From: an uncultured Ignavibacteria bacterium
GTDB taxonomy: Bacteria > Bacteroidota > Ignavibacteria > Kapaibacteriales > UBA2268
NCBI GenBank assembly: GCA_903862655.1
Contig: CAIOZA010000019.1
Span: 6,960 to 70,959 of the forward strand
Direction: 5' to 3'
DNA: 64,000 nucleotides
Below, one piece after another: positions 11,101-20,872 of this stretch (within the stretch, counting starts at the first letter, position 1; each line of letters opens with the position of its first letter). The notes under the pieces are model-generated. The model did no database searches, had not been told where the DNA came from, and was given only the letters and a program-made list of their open reading frames with translations. The position numbers and the translations under genes are program-made.

Positions 11101-11389
11101 TATCCTGATTGAAATAGTTAATATATTCGGTTCTTAAAGAATTTAAATCAGGTATCTGATTTGTTTTCCACATTCTTGGAGCTAATAGCCATTCCAATCT
11201 TTTAAATTGCTTAAAACCACTTCCTTTTGAAGGCTTTTTATCTTTCCAATAATTGTTGAAAACTAATTGCAATTCTTTAAAATCAAATTCCTTTTGTTGG
11301 TTATAATTTTGAAGCCAATTTTGGGCATTTAAAGAACTGGTCAAAAAGTTAAATATGATGAAAATAATTAAAATTGATGACTTATTCAT
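8165..11389 (-). CDS. Secreted BNR/Asp-box repeat beta-propeller protein with T9SS C-terminal domain (tandem paralogue of 4923-8135)
   Basis: Same architecture and length (1074 aa) as the neighbour: signal peptide, Asp-box repeats (DGGTSW, DAGQTW, DGGASW, DGGNSF, NAGSTW, SGGGTW), CFGDSVKL/CEGVGADL Ig-like repeats with YKWSNG/YKWSTG, and C-terminal ...GVYFVNIKSKFNSSINKIIKESN. Confidence 0.7.
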   Translation of the reverse strand: MNKSSILIIFIIFNFLTSSLNAQNWLQNYNQQKEFDFKELQLVFNNYWKDKKPSKGSGFKQFKRLEWLLAPRMWKTNQIPDLNSLRTEYINYFNQDKQSPRMLTNADWKIIGPTNKPSQTSGLPQPGIGRISCLAFHPTNNSIIYVGSATGGIWKTTDGGTSWASLPLTGVLSIGISDIAISPSNPNIIYASTGDAESSGFLGVNFSYSIGILKSTDAGQTWNTTSSSYQISQNVLINRLLISPTNANLVYVGSNKGFSKSSDGGASWLSITGDVCRDLEFKTDDPTNIYGTFISPNNVYSIRKYTESAGNLAIQLEINGAGRVNLATCKSQPKVLYALACSEWPDYNFHSVWKTTDGTNWLKVSDKSTSPNYLTYYADGSGTAAQGLYDLSIAVNPNSSDEVYIGGVNIWKSINGGKAFSPIAEWTGGFGLPWVHADIHWLAFNSSNVLFACTDGGINKSTNLGKNWTDISNGLQITQFYSLSSSEQNPNIITAGAQDNGTHKYDGTNWKNIMGGDGMETIIDKTNSNIIYASLYYGQINKSIDGGNSFTNIISSNRTQEEGAWVTPYIIHPTNSNILYVAMQNVWKTTNAGSTWVKISNFTETTPIKINAMAISATDPNFIYISKYNQIYKTSSGGGTWTSAGQTQDYITSIMVHPSSPSKFWVTLSGYSATDKILFYNGTKWDNLSAGLPNVPVNCIEYQKNSLDRLYIGTDVGVFTRDNSSSQWDSYNQGMPNVIVNDLKIINSTSKMLAATYGRGIWETKINDCNLAAPELIVTGQTKFCFGDSVKLESKDSYPTYKWSNGSTAKTIWVKASSKVNLTVTDLKNCSATSADINVTVTNPADYNIKLIGNNPFCEGVGADLQVNSFSYKYYKWSTGDTTKKITVLKPGTYTVVCTTIDGCVKPSTNSITLTSLPAPAKPTISQTNGILKSSTAVAYQWFKDGIILTGETNQSYSQKSNGKYQVEITDVNGCKSLSDEFIITTGIEAENFNNAVISPNPSKGLFNISLPPSHSKTIIEITNIFGQKVSIIELQEGVNEAILNLNEQSDGVYFVNIKSKFNSSINKIIKESN

Positions 11390-11585
11390 TTTGAAAACTA
11401 TCCTATATTATATATTTTAAAAATATTAAATAATCCGTTTGTAACTTTGTCTTTATTCTAAGAGTAGTTATCGGTTCAAAAAGTTACAAAGTTAATGAAA
11501 ATTCATTAAATTTCACTTATTTAAACTAATAATTTTTATCATATTTTTGTTATTGTAATTATCATTTAGACAGGAAAATTTGTAA

Positions 11586-13850
11586 ATGGTCAGATCCCCA
11601 ATATCAGTGGCAATGATTGTCAGGAACGAAGAGAAAATGCTTCCAGATTGTCTGCAATCTTTAAAGGATTATGTAATGGAAATTATTCTTGTAGATACTG
11701 GATCTACTGACCGAACCAAAGAAATTGCTCATGAGTATGGATGTAAAATTATCGATTTTCCATGGCAAGATGATTTCGCTATGGCAAGGAATGTGGCACT
11801 TGATAACTGTACACAGCCGTTTATTCTGAGTATTGATGCAGATGAACGATTAATTAATCCTCAAATTCTATCCAAATTGTGTTTGAATTCTCCATTGCTT
11901 ACCGGGGGCTGGCTTGTGCATCTGATTTCTGAAGCTGTTAGACCCGATGGAGCTGTTGATAAATTTGTAACAAATCTGCTTCGATTATTTCGAAATGACC
12001 TAAGAATAAGATTCAGAGGTATTATACATGAACAGATTCATTTCAGTATTCTGGATTTGGGTTTGCAAATACAAAACTCTCCGCTTGAGTTTGTTCATCT
12101 GGGTTATAGTAGCGATAAAAATGACATGCCTGCCAAACAACTGAGAAACCTGGATCTTCTAAATAAAGTCATTCAAAAGAATCCAGATAGCTATAATTAT
12201 TTTCAAAGAGGAAAGACTTATCTGGCCTTAAATGAATTACAGAAAGCTGATAGCGATCTTGCAGAGGCGATGAAATTAATTGACGACAATAATGTTCTTT
12301 TACCTCAGATTCTTAATTTTGGTGCTATAATAGCAACAAGACTTGGATTAAGAGACATTGCAAAACAAAGGGCAGAAATGTCGCTTAAAATCATTCCTAA
12401 ACAGGCATTTGCTTATTTCGCTTTAGCTGAGCTATACTTTGAAGCTAAGATTTTCAAAGAGGCTTTGGATAATTATCTAAAACTTGATGAAATGCAGGCG
12501 TTACAAGATCTACATGCAATGATTGCAGGTGATTATCGAATGCCTGGCGAAGAATTGGCTTATAAAATTGGAAAATGTTACCTTGAATTGAAGGAATTTG
12601 AAACTTCAGAAAAATATTTTCTTGTTGGTAACCAAATTAATCCAGGTGACATTAATAATCTTGCGGGCTTGGCTAACCTATATTTTCTCCATGGGAATTT
12701 TATAGCATCTTTAGAAAAGTTGAACTTGGCATTATCCTTTGATCCATCTAATTTGTCAATCCAGACCTACATTTCTTTAGTTAAATCAAAATTACCAAAT
12801 TCACTTTTGCAAAATTTTTCTAAATCTGATTCCCCGACTAAGCCACTTTTATCACTTAGTATGATTGTAAAAAATGAAGAATCTATGATTACTGATTGCC
12901 TGAATAGTATTGCTGAGTTTGTTGATGAAATAATAATCGTTGATACTGGATCTACAGATAATACATTGAAAATAGCTCAATCGTACGGTGCAAACATATT
13001 TCATTATGAATGGAATGATGATTTTGCCTCTGCTAGAAATGAATCATTAAAACATTGTTGCGGTAAATGGATCTTATACCTAGATGCCGATGAAAGATTG
13101 GAACAATCTTCTATTCAAGATTTAAGATCAATATTAGAAAATGCATCTGATGATATAGGTGCTTATGTCTGTACTATTGAAAGTACTCATCTTCAACTGG
13201 ATAATTCAACAGAATTGCATCGTGGCGGATATCCAAGAATTTTTAGAAATTATGGTTATCCGAATATAAAATTCGAAGGAAGAGTACACGAACAGATTGG
13301 AGAGTCGATTTTTGCATTAAATAAAAGCATTGCTTTCTCCCAAGTTATTATTAAGCATTTGGGGTATGATACAACCCGTGAAGTCATGGAGTCAAAGGTT
13401 AAAAGGAATTATCAATTACTATTAAAGCATATTAATGAAGAACCAACAAATGCTTATGCATGGTTCCAACTTGGACAAACTTTGGCACAGATGCAATTGG
13501 TGGATGAAGCTGAAAAAGCAATTAGATTCTCAATTGAAGTTGGTTCTTTATCTGATTCAGTATATGCCAGTGCCTGCGCCACTCTTTCGCAAATAGTTGG
13601 TGGCAAGAGAAAATTTATCGAAGCTCTAGATTGGGCTGAAAAATCCCTAGAAAAAGCTCCGGAGCAAGTATTTGCACTCAGTCTGAAAGCTTTTGCACTA
13701 TTACTACTTAATCGAAAAACTGAGGCCGAACAAATTTTTCTAACCGCTATTGAAAGGAATATTAACCATAGATCAATACCTCAAACCGGATTCGATGTTC
13801 AGGTTCCAGATAATGAACTTATGGTGGGACTACAAAGATCAAGAAATTAG
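11586..13850 (+). CDS. Tandem-duplicated family 2 glycosyltransferase with TPR repeats (GT2-TPR-GT2-TPR)
   Basis: Two copies of a GT2 core (SVAMIVRNEEKMLPDCLQS...ILVDTGSTDRTKEIA...FPWQDDFAMARN...SIDADERL and SLSMIVKNEESMITDCLNS...IIVDTGSTDNTLKIA...YEWNDDFASARN...YLDADERL). Each is followed by TPR-like helical repeats. Confidence 0.75.
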   Translation: MVRSPISVAMIVRNEEKMLPDCLQSLKDYVMEIILVDTGSTDRTKEIAHEYGCKIIDFPWQDDFAMARNVALDNCTQPFILSIDADERLINPQILSKLCLNSPLLTGGWLVHLISEAVRPDGAVDKFVTNLLRLFRNDLRIRFRGIIHEQIHFSILDLGLQIQNSPLEFVHLGYSSDKNDMPAKQLRNLDLLNKVIQKNPDSYNYFQRGKTYLALNELQKADSDLAEAMKLIDDNNVLLPQILNFGAIIATRLGLRDIAKQRAEMSLKIIPKQAFAYFALAELYFEAKIFKEALDNYLKLDEMQALQDLHAMIAGDYRMPGEELAYKIGKCYLELKEFETSEKYFLVGNQINPGDINNLAGLANLYFLHGNFIASLEKLNLALSFDPSNLSIQTYISLVKSKLPNSLLQNFSKSDSPTKPLLSLSMIVKNEESMITDCLNSIAEFVDEIIIVDTGSTDNTLKIAQSYGANIFHYEWNDDFASARNESLKHCCGKWILYLDADERLEQSSIQDLRSILENASDDIGAYVCTIESTHLQLDNSTELHRGGYPRIFRNYGYPNIKFEGRVHEQIGESIFALNKSIAFSQVIIKHLGYDTTREVMESKVKRNYQLLLKHINEEPTNAYAWFQLGQTLAQMQLVDEAEKAIRFSIEVGSLSDSVYASACATLSQIVGGKRKFIEALDWAEKSLEKAPEQVFALSLKAFALLLLNRKTEAEQIFLTAIERNINHRSIPQTGFDVQVPDNELMVGLQRSRN

Positions 13851-15028
13851 CAAATTTCGCTAAGACTTAAGTCTAAAGCCTCAATAAATTCATTTACTTC
13901 AGAATATGTTACAATAAGTGGTGGCAACATTCTAAGTACATTTCCTGATGCTGCATTAGCAATAACGTTATGCTTTATTAAGGTTTCAACAAGAAGATTA
14001 GCGTCAAAATTAATGACTAAACCAAGCATAAATCCTAAGCCTCTTATCTCCAAGATTATATCAGGATATTTATTTTTAAGCTCAGTCAGCTTTTCAATAA
14101 AAAATGCTCCGACAGTTGTGACGTGCTCCATTAATCCATTTGATAATTCATCCAAAACAACAATTCCCGCAGCACAGGCAACAGAATTACCACCAAAGGT
14201 AGTTCCATGATTACCGATATTCCAGACGTTGGCTACAATTTCTTTCCCCAATATACAGCCCAATGGTAAACCACCACCAATTCCTTTTGCAAGAGTTACA
14301 ATGTCAGGAGTAATTCCAAAATGATTAAAAGCAAAGAATTCGCCTGTTCGTCCAGTTCCAGATTGAATTTCATCGGCTACTATTAGAAAGCCATATTTAT
14401 TTTGAAGTAATTTAATTGCATCTACAAAAGCAGGTGTAACACTTGAAATACCACCTTCACCCTGAATAAACTCAAGCCAAATAGCTGCAGTATTCTCATT
14501 TACAGATTTTTCCAATACACTAATATCATTATATGCAATAACACTAGTGTTATCTAAAAATGGTCCCATGTTGTCTTTGTACAAAGGCTTATCCATTATT
14601 GATAAAGCTCCATAGGTTCTTCCATGAAATCCGCCGGAGAAAGCAATGATATGATTTTTATTTTTATATGATCCCCACTTTCTGACTAATTTGATGGCAC
14701 CTTCGGTAGCCTCTGTACCTGAGTTACACAAAAATACTTTGTCATAACTTGAAATTTCTTTCAGTTTTGTTGCAAATTCAATCTGAGTATCCTGGAAAAA
14801 ATAGTTTGAAACATGCATATATCTTCTGATCTGTTTATCAACAGCGGCAATAATCCCGGAGTGTGAATGTCCTAACACATTAACTGCTATACCTCCCAAA
14901 AAATCGAGATATTCACTTCCATCTTTGCAATATATTCTTGCAGCATCTGCCCTTTCGACAACTAGTGGTAATCTTTTGTAAGTCTGAAAAAACAATTCAT
15001 GTTCAGTATTAATTATATTCTGGTTCAT
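13847..15028 (-). CDS. argD: Class III aminotransferase, probably acetylornithine aminotransferase
   Basis: 393 aa. The N-terminal substrate-binding region and the PLP-lysine region (...TLAKGIGGGLP...) match the ArgD/GabT family pattern. Confidence 0.8.
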   Translation of the reverse strand: MNQNIINTEHELFFQTYKRLPLVVERADAARIYCKDGSEYLDFLGGIAVNVLGHSHSGIIAAVDKQIRRYMHVSNYFFQDTQIEFATKLKEISSYDKVFLCNSGTEATEGAIKLVRKWGSYKNKNHIIAFSGGFHGRTYGALSIMDKPLYKDNMGPFLDNTSVIAYNDISVLEKSVNENTAAIWLEFIQGEGGISSVTPAFVDAIKLLQNKYGFLIVADEIQSGTGRTGEFFAFNHFGITPDIVTLAKGIGGGLPLGCILGKEIVANVWNIGNHGTTFGGNSVACAAGIVVLDELSNGLMEHVTTVGAFFIEKLTELKNKYPDIILEIRGLGFMLGLVINFDANLLVETLIKHNVIANAASGNVLRMLPPLIVTYSEVNEFIEALDLSLSEIC

Positions 15029-15151
15029 AACTTTCCAATCAAAAAAAATAAATTTAATAAAATCACGTTCAATCTTGTAAATAGTACAAGTACTTTAACG
15101 AATATGATTATTTGTTATTCATTTTATCAGTAATTTTTTTTTAGGACATTA

Positions 15152-15448
15152 ATGAATCAATATATGATAGACATAGAAATCCATGAAGATCGTGTTGAGA
15201 ATTTCTTTACAATGGTGCCGGAACAGCGCGATCAAATAAATAAATTGATGACAGAAGGCAGAATATCAAGCGTAACATTATCTTTTGACAGAGCTAGACT
15301 TTGGATTACAATGTTTGCTAATAATGAAGCTCAGGTACATAGTGTCATGGATACTTTTGTGCTTATTGATGCGATGAACTTTAATATCAGACAGGTTATG
15401 TTTCATGTCAGTAATACTCAATTATTTCCCCAGCTTTATTTAAATTAA
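15152..15448 (+). CDS. Hypothetical 98-aa protein, possibly a muconolactone-isomerase-like alpha+beta fold
   Basis: Clean ORF in an intergenic gap. Weak by-eye resemblance to the ~96-aa muconolactone delta-isomerase layout (LW....F.....EA..H..M). No partner catabolic genes nearby. Confidence 0.4.
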   Translation: MNQYMIDIEIHEDRVENFFTMVPEQRDQINKLMTEGRISSVTLSFDRARLWITMFANNEAQVHSVMDTFVLIDAMNFNIRQVMFHVSNTQLFPQLYLN

Positions 15449-15575
15449 AAATAACAAATTTTCCGATTGACGAAATTTGACTATCAAGAATAGCATTAAT
15501 TAATAAATGTTGTTTTTAGGGATGAAGTTTTTCGAAGTGGGATCAATAAAGTTTGGTATGTATCATTAGAAAAAG

Positions 15576-15611
15576 TTAAAGGGATATCAACGAAAAATGA
15601 TATCCCTTTAA
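15576..15611 (-). terminator. Rho-independent terminator downstream of dtxR (end of the feoAB-dtxR operon)
   Basis: Perfect 14-bp inverted repeat TTAAAGGGATATCA / TGATATCCCTTTAA followed, on the minus strand, by CTTTTTCT. Confidence 0.5.
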
Positions 15612-15632
15612 CGCATAGACAAGAAATTGATT

Positions 15633-16283
15633 TTAATTAGTTTTAACATAAATATTGGAAGCAATATTGTACCCAAGTACTTTTTCATTGCCATTCAACA
15701 TAATGGTTATAATGCCATTAAGGGGTTCATTTTCAATAGCCATAATTTTAGTATTAGGAACAAGATTAGACTTTTCCAGATAATTTAACAACTTTGGATC
15801 ATCATCACTTAGCCTGCTGATCGTATATTCACTTTTGTTTTCAGCATTAATAAGAAGTATTTCATTGATGTCAGGAAACTCACCATCAATTGAAGGAATA
15901 GGGTGACCATGTGGATCGAATTTTGGGTCACCTAATTGGGCGGTAATTTTTTCAATGAATTCTGAAGAAATAAAATGCTCGAGTCTGCATGCTTCTTCAT
16001 GGACTTTATCCAATGAAAATCCCAACATTTCCTTGAGATAAGTTTCGAGCAATCTGTGAAATCTAATGATTTCTAAAGCAACTTTTATACCGGCATCACT
16101 TAATTTAACACCTTTGTACGAGCTATAAACAACTAATCCCATAGTGGATAATCTTTTCAGCATTCCGGTTACAGATGCGCCTGATACATTTAGTTCTTTT
16201 GAAATTTCTGTTGTAGAGACAAGCCCAGATTCCTGAAACTTATAAATCACTTTAACATAATCTTGAACAGCCTGACTTAGCAT
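15633..16283 (-). CDS. DtxR/IdeR/MntR-family metal-dependent transcriptional repressor with C-terminal FeoA/SH3-like domain
   Basis: N-terminal wHTH (YVKVIYKF...TTEISKELNVSGASVTGMLKRL), a metal-binding/dimerisation helix region and a C-terminal SH3-like FeoA domain. Located at the 3' end of the feoAB operon. Confidence 0.85.
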   Translation of the reverse strand: MLSQAVQDYVKVIYKFQESGLVSTTEISKELNVSGASVTGMLKRLSTMGLVVYSSYKGVKLSDAGIKVALEIIRFHRLLETYLKEMLGFSLDKVHEEACRLEHFISSEFIEKITAQLGDPKFDPHGHPIPSIDGEFPDINEILLINAENKSEYTISRLSDDDPKLLNYLEKSNLVPNTKIMAIENEPLNGIITIMLNGNEKVLGYNIASNIYVKTN

Positions 16284-16372
16284 AGTGAATCCAAATATAT
16301 ATTAATAATAAAGAAGTTTATTGGTAACATTATTCACCAATTTTGTAATTTAAAAAAAATATTTAATTAAAG

Positions 16373-18301
16373 CTAAAAATTTAATATTATTTTGAAAAAT
16401 AACCCACATAATGTTGCCATTGTTATACTAAATATTGTAGTAAGTACAACAGTTTTTGCTCCGAATTCCTTCCAGAAGACAGCAAATGTTGATATACAAG
16501 GTATATAGAGGATAACAAATATGGTAAAGACTAAAGCTTGTGCTGTGGTCAAACCTAGTTGGGAAAAGGATTTTACACCCATTGCCTGACTTGCCATAAC
16601 GATTATCAATTCTTTTCTAAGAAAACCAAAAATCAAAGTCGAGCCTAATTGTTCAGGAAGACCTAAAACATTAGTAACTAAAGGTGAAAAAAATGAATTT
16701 AATATTTTTGATGCTCCAAAGTATTCAAACCAACCTAAAACAATACTACCTAAAATCAAATAAGGAACTGCAACTTTTAAAAACTCTTTAACTTTAAATT
16801 GAGTTTTCTTGAAAGTAGTTCTTAAAGAAGGAAGTTTCAAATTTGGTATTTCAAGAATTAAACCAGTAGGTTTTGTAAAAAAGTAAGATAAGATTTTTCC
16901 ATTAATAGCGATAATCAACAAGACAAAAAAGAAAATGAAAGCTGTCCAGATGGGTCCTGTAAAAGCTGATGATATAGCAAATATAACTGTAAGCCTTGCC
17001 GAACATGGTATAAAGTTGATCAAGACGCCAGTTATTAATCTATCCCTTTCATTCTCAATAATCCTTGTTGCATAGAGTGCTGGAACTGTACAACCGAATC
17101 CCATGATGAATGGTGCTACAGATTTGCCATGAAGACCTATTCTATGGAAAAGGCCATCAAGTAAGAAAGCTATCCTGGACATGTAACCTGTGTCTTCAAA
17201 CAATGAGGTAAGAATCAGTAATGGTAAAAAATAGGGTAATACAATACCTATTGAACCAGCAATACCTTGAAAAAGACCATCCAGAGTGTACCATAAGAAG
17301 GGAGAGATTAATTTCAAAGGTTCATAATAATGAGGCAATGTTTGCATTGCAGGCTCAATCAAGCCTGAGATAAAAGTACCGACCTGAAAGATTACGATAA
17401 AATAAACTATGAAGAATAAAAGTAAAAAAAAGTAACCCCATAAAGGATGTAGTAATACTGAATCGAGTTTTTCAGCGAAAGGTTGAGCTTTTTTCTTCTT
17501 GAGTTCAGAAACAAGATGAGTGATTTTCATTGCATGATGATGACGTTCATAAGCAATTACTTCGAAACCATCAGTATTGTGTTCAATTTGAATTTGTTGA
17601 GTTGCAAGTTCACTTTTTTTTCTATCAAACGATTTTAGACTTTTAAAAGCAATTTGAGGATTTTCAATCAATTTGATGGCATAAAATCTTGAATCAATAT
17701 TATTTGGAATTTGGGTTTCTTTTAAATCTTCTTGAATAACATTAATACTATTTTCTACGTGTAATGTAAATTTTAGAAATTCTGGTTTTGAATATCCTCT
17801 TGTAATTACGTGATCACAAGTATCTATCAAATCTTTAACTCCTTTACCAAAAAGAGCGATTGTTGGGATAACAGGAATTTTTAAAATATCTTTCAATTTT
17901 TGATTGTAAATTCTAACACCATATCTGCTAGCTTCATCCTGCATATTGAGTGCTATAACCATTGGAATACCAAGCTCGATTAACTCAATAGACAATTCTA
18001 TACTACGAGAAAGCAGAGTTGAATCAACTACGTTAATAATTAAATCAACATGATGATTCAATAAAAAATTGACCGTTACCTCTTCGGCTGGATCATTTGG
18101 ATTTAGAGAATAGAGACCAGGCAGATCAATTATTTTATAGGTGTCGAAGTTAACATTAATAAGAGATTGCTTAATTGCAACGGTAGTCCCAGCAAAGTTG
18201 GAAGTAGAAGATTTTATGTCAGAAAGGACATTAAATAAAGTGCTCTTACCGGCATTGGGCTGACCAACGAGAACAATGGTTTTATGCTGCATAATCAACA
18301 A
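16373..18301 (-). CDS. feoB: Ferrous iron transporter FeoB
   Basis: N-terminal G-protein domain with GQPNAGKST (G1), DLPG (G3), NMQD (G4); followed by a large polytopic permease domain; 642 aa. Confidence 0.9.
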   Translation of the reverse strand: MLIMQHKTIVLVGQPNAGKSTLFNVLSDIKSSTSNFAGTTVAIKQSLINVNFDTYKIIDLPGLYSLNPNDPAEEVTVNFLLNHHVDLIINVVDSTLLSRSIELSIELIELGIPMVIALNMQDEASRYGVRIYNQKLKDILKIPVIPTIALFGKGVKDLIDTCDHVITRGYSKPEFLKFTLHVENSINVIQEDLKETQIPNNIDSRFYAIKLIENPQIAFKSLKSFDRKKSELATQQIQIEHNTDGFEVIAYERHHHAMKITHLVSELKKKKAQPFAEKLDSVLLHPLWGYFFLLLFFIVYFIVIFQVGTFISGLIEPAMQTLPHYYEPLKLISPFLWYTLDGLFQGIAGSIGIVLPYFLPLLILTSLFEDTGYMSRIAFLLDGLFHRIGLHGKSVAPFIMGFGCTVPALYATRIIENERDRLITGVLINFIPCSARLTVIFAISSAFTGPIWTAFIFFFVLLIIAINGKILSYFFTKPTGLILEIPNLKLPSLRTTFKKTQFKVKEFLKVAVPYLILGSIVLGWFEYFGASKILNSFFSPLVTNVLGLPEQLGSTLIFGFLRKELIIVMASQAMGVKSFSQLGLTTAQALVFTIFVILYIPCISTFAVFWKEFGAKTVVLTTIFSITMATLCGLFFKIILNF

Positions 18302-18515
18302 TAATATCGTTAGCTAGAGATTTACTAAGTGCAACTTTTGTAGAGTTAGTAGTCAAATTCTGCACTATTACCCCACCCCAATTCATTTCGAATATTTTAA
18401 TAAGAGAATCATCTGGACGTATGCCCATAGAAAGCAATTTTTTTCGGGTTACCATTTCAGAATTAATTTTTAAAATTTTCAAAGAGATGTTACAAGGTGC
18501 ATCTGATAAACACAT
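18282..18515 (-). CDS. feoA: Ferrous iron transport protein FeoA
   Basis: Small SH3-like protein (LKILKINSEMVTRKKLLSMGIRPDDSLIKIFEMNWGGVIVQ) immediately upstream of, and overlapping, feoB. The first Met of the ORF is at 18545; the internal Met at 18515 gives the typical ~77-aa size. The exact start is uncertain. Confidence 0.75.
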   Translation of the reverse strand: MCLSDAPCNISLKILKINSEMVTRKKLLSMGIRPDDSLIKIFEMNWGGVIVQNLTTNSTKVALSKSLANDIIVDYAA

Positions 18516-18672
18516 ATTTTTGATGTCAATATTTATAAAAAACAATTATTCAACTTTCTTATCTTGAAATAAGCAGACGAATAACATAAATTAGTCGTGT
18601 CTAAATTCAAAAATAGATTTTACTAATTTAATTTCAAAATTATTTAATGATTCTGTAATCAAAATGTAGTAA

Positions 18673-20397
<1,725 letters not shown>

Positions 20398-20436
20398 ATA
20401 GATTCATTAATCAATCAATTATCACATGGTGAAGCA

Positions 20437-20865
20437 ATGAAAATACTATACTCTCTTATAATTTTGGCCTTTGGTTTGTCATTATTTTCATGTTCATCAT
20501 CCAAAGTGTCGAATAATTCACAAGTATCTTATGACAGTACCGAATCAGGATTGAAATTTGTTGATTTATCTATTGGAAAGGGATTATCCCCTAAAAATGG
20601 AAATAAATGTACAGTTCACTTATTGATAACTGACGAAAATGGAGCTGAGATTGAAAACACATATCGTTCAAACCGTCCTGTAGTCTTTACGATCGGCAAG
20701 AGTGACGTAATAAAAGGATTGGAAGAAGGAGTAATGACCATGAAGCTAGGAGGCAAACGAAAATTGTTGGTGCCCCCTGAACTTGGATTTGGAGCCAGAG
20801 CTCTTAAAAATGTTCCGGGTAATGCTTATCTCTTTATAACAACTGAATTAATTAAAGTAGAATAG
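20437..20865 (+). CDS. FKBP-type peptidyl-prolyl cis-trans isomerase (secreted/lipoprotein)
   Basis: Signal peptide with a Cys lipobox (LFSCSSS), then an FKBP domain (SGLKFVDLSIGKG...VHLLITDENGAEIENTY...FTIGKSDVIKGLEEGVMTMKLGGKRKLLVPPELGFG). Confidence 0.85.
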   Translation: MKILYSLIILAFGLSLFSCSSSKVSNNSQVSYDSTESGLKFVDLSIGKGLSPKNGNKCTVHLLITDENGAEIENTYRSNRPVVFTIGKSDVIKGLEEGVMTMKLGGKRKLLVPPELGFGARALKNVPGNAYLFITTELIKVE

Positions 20866-20872
20866 GTTAGCC

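Noticed and set aside
14013-14210. 65-aa plus-strand ORF inside argD
   Set aside because: Antisense to a conserved aminotransferase gene; no homologous signal.
18282-18545. Treating the 87-aa ORF as the full FeoA
   Set aside because: The first 10 codons (MFFINIDIKN) precede the conserved FeoA core and extend into the promoter region. The internal Met giving ~77 aa matches typical FeoA size. Both are listed as possible, with the shorter one used.
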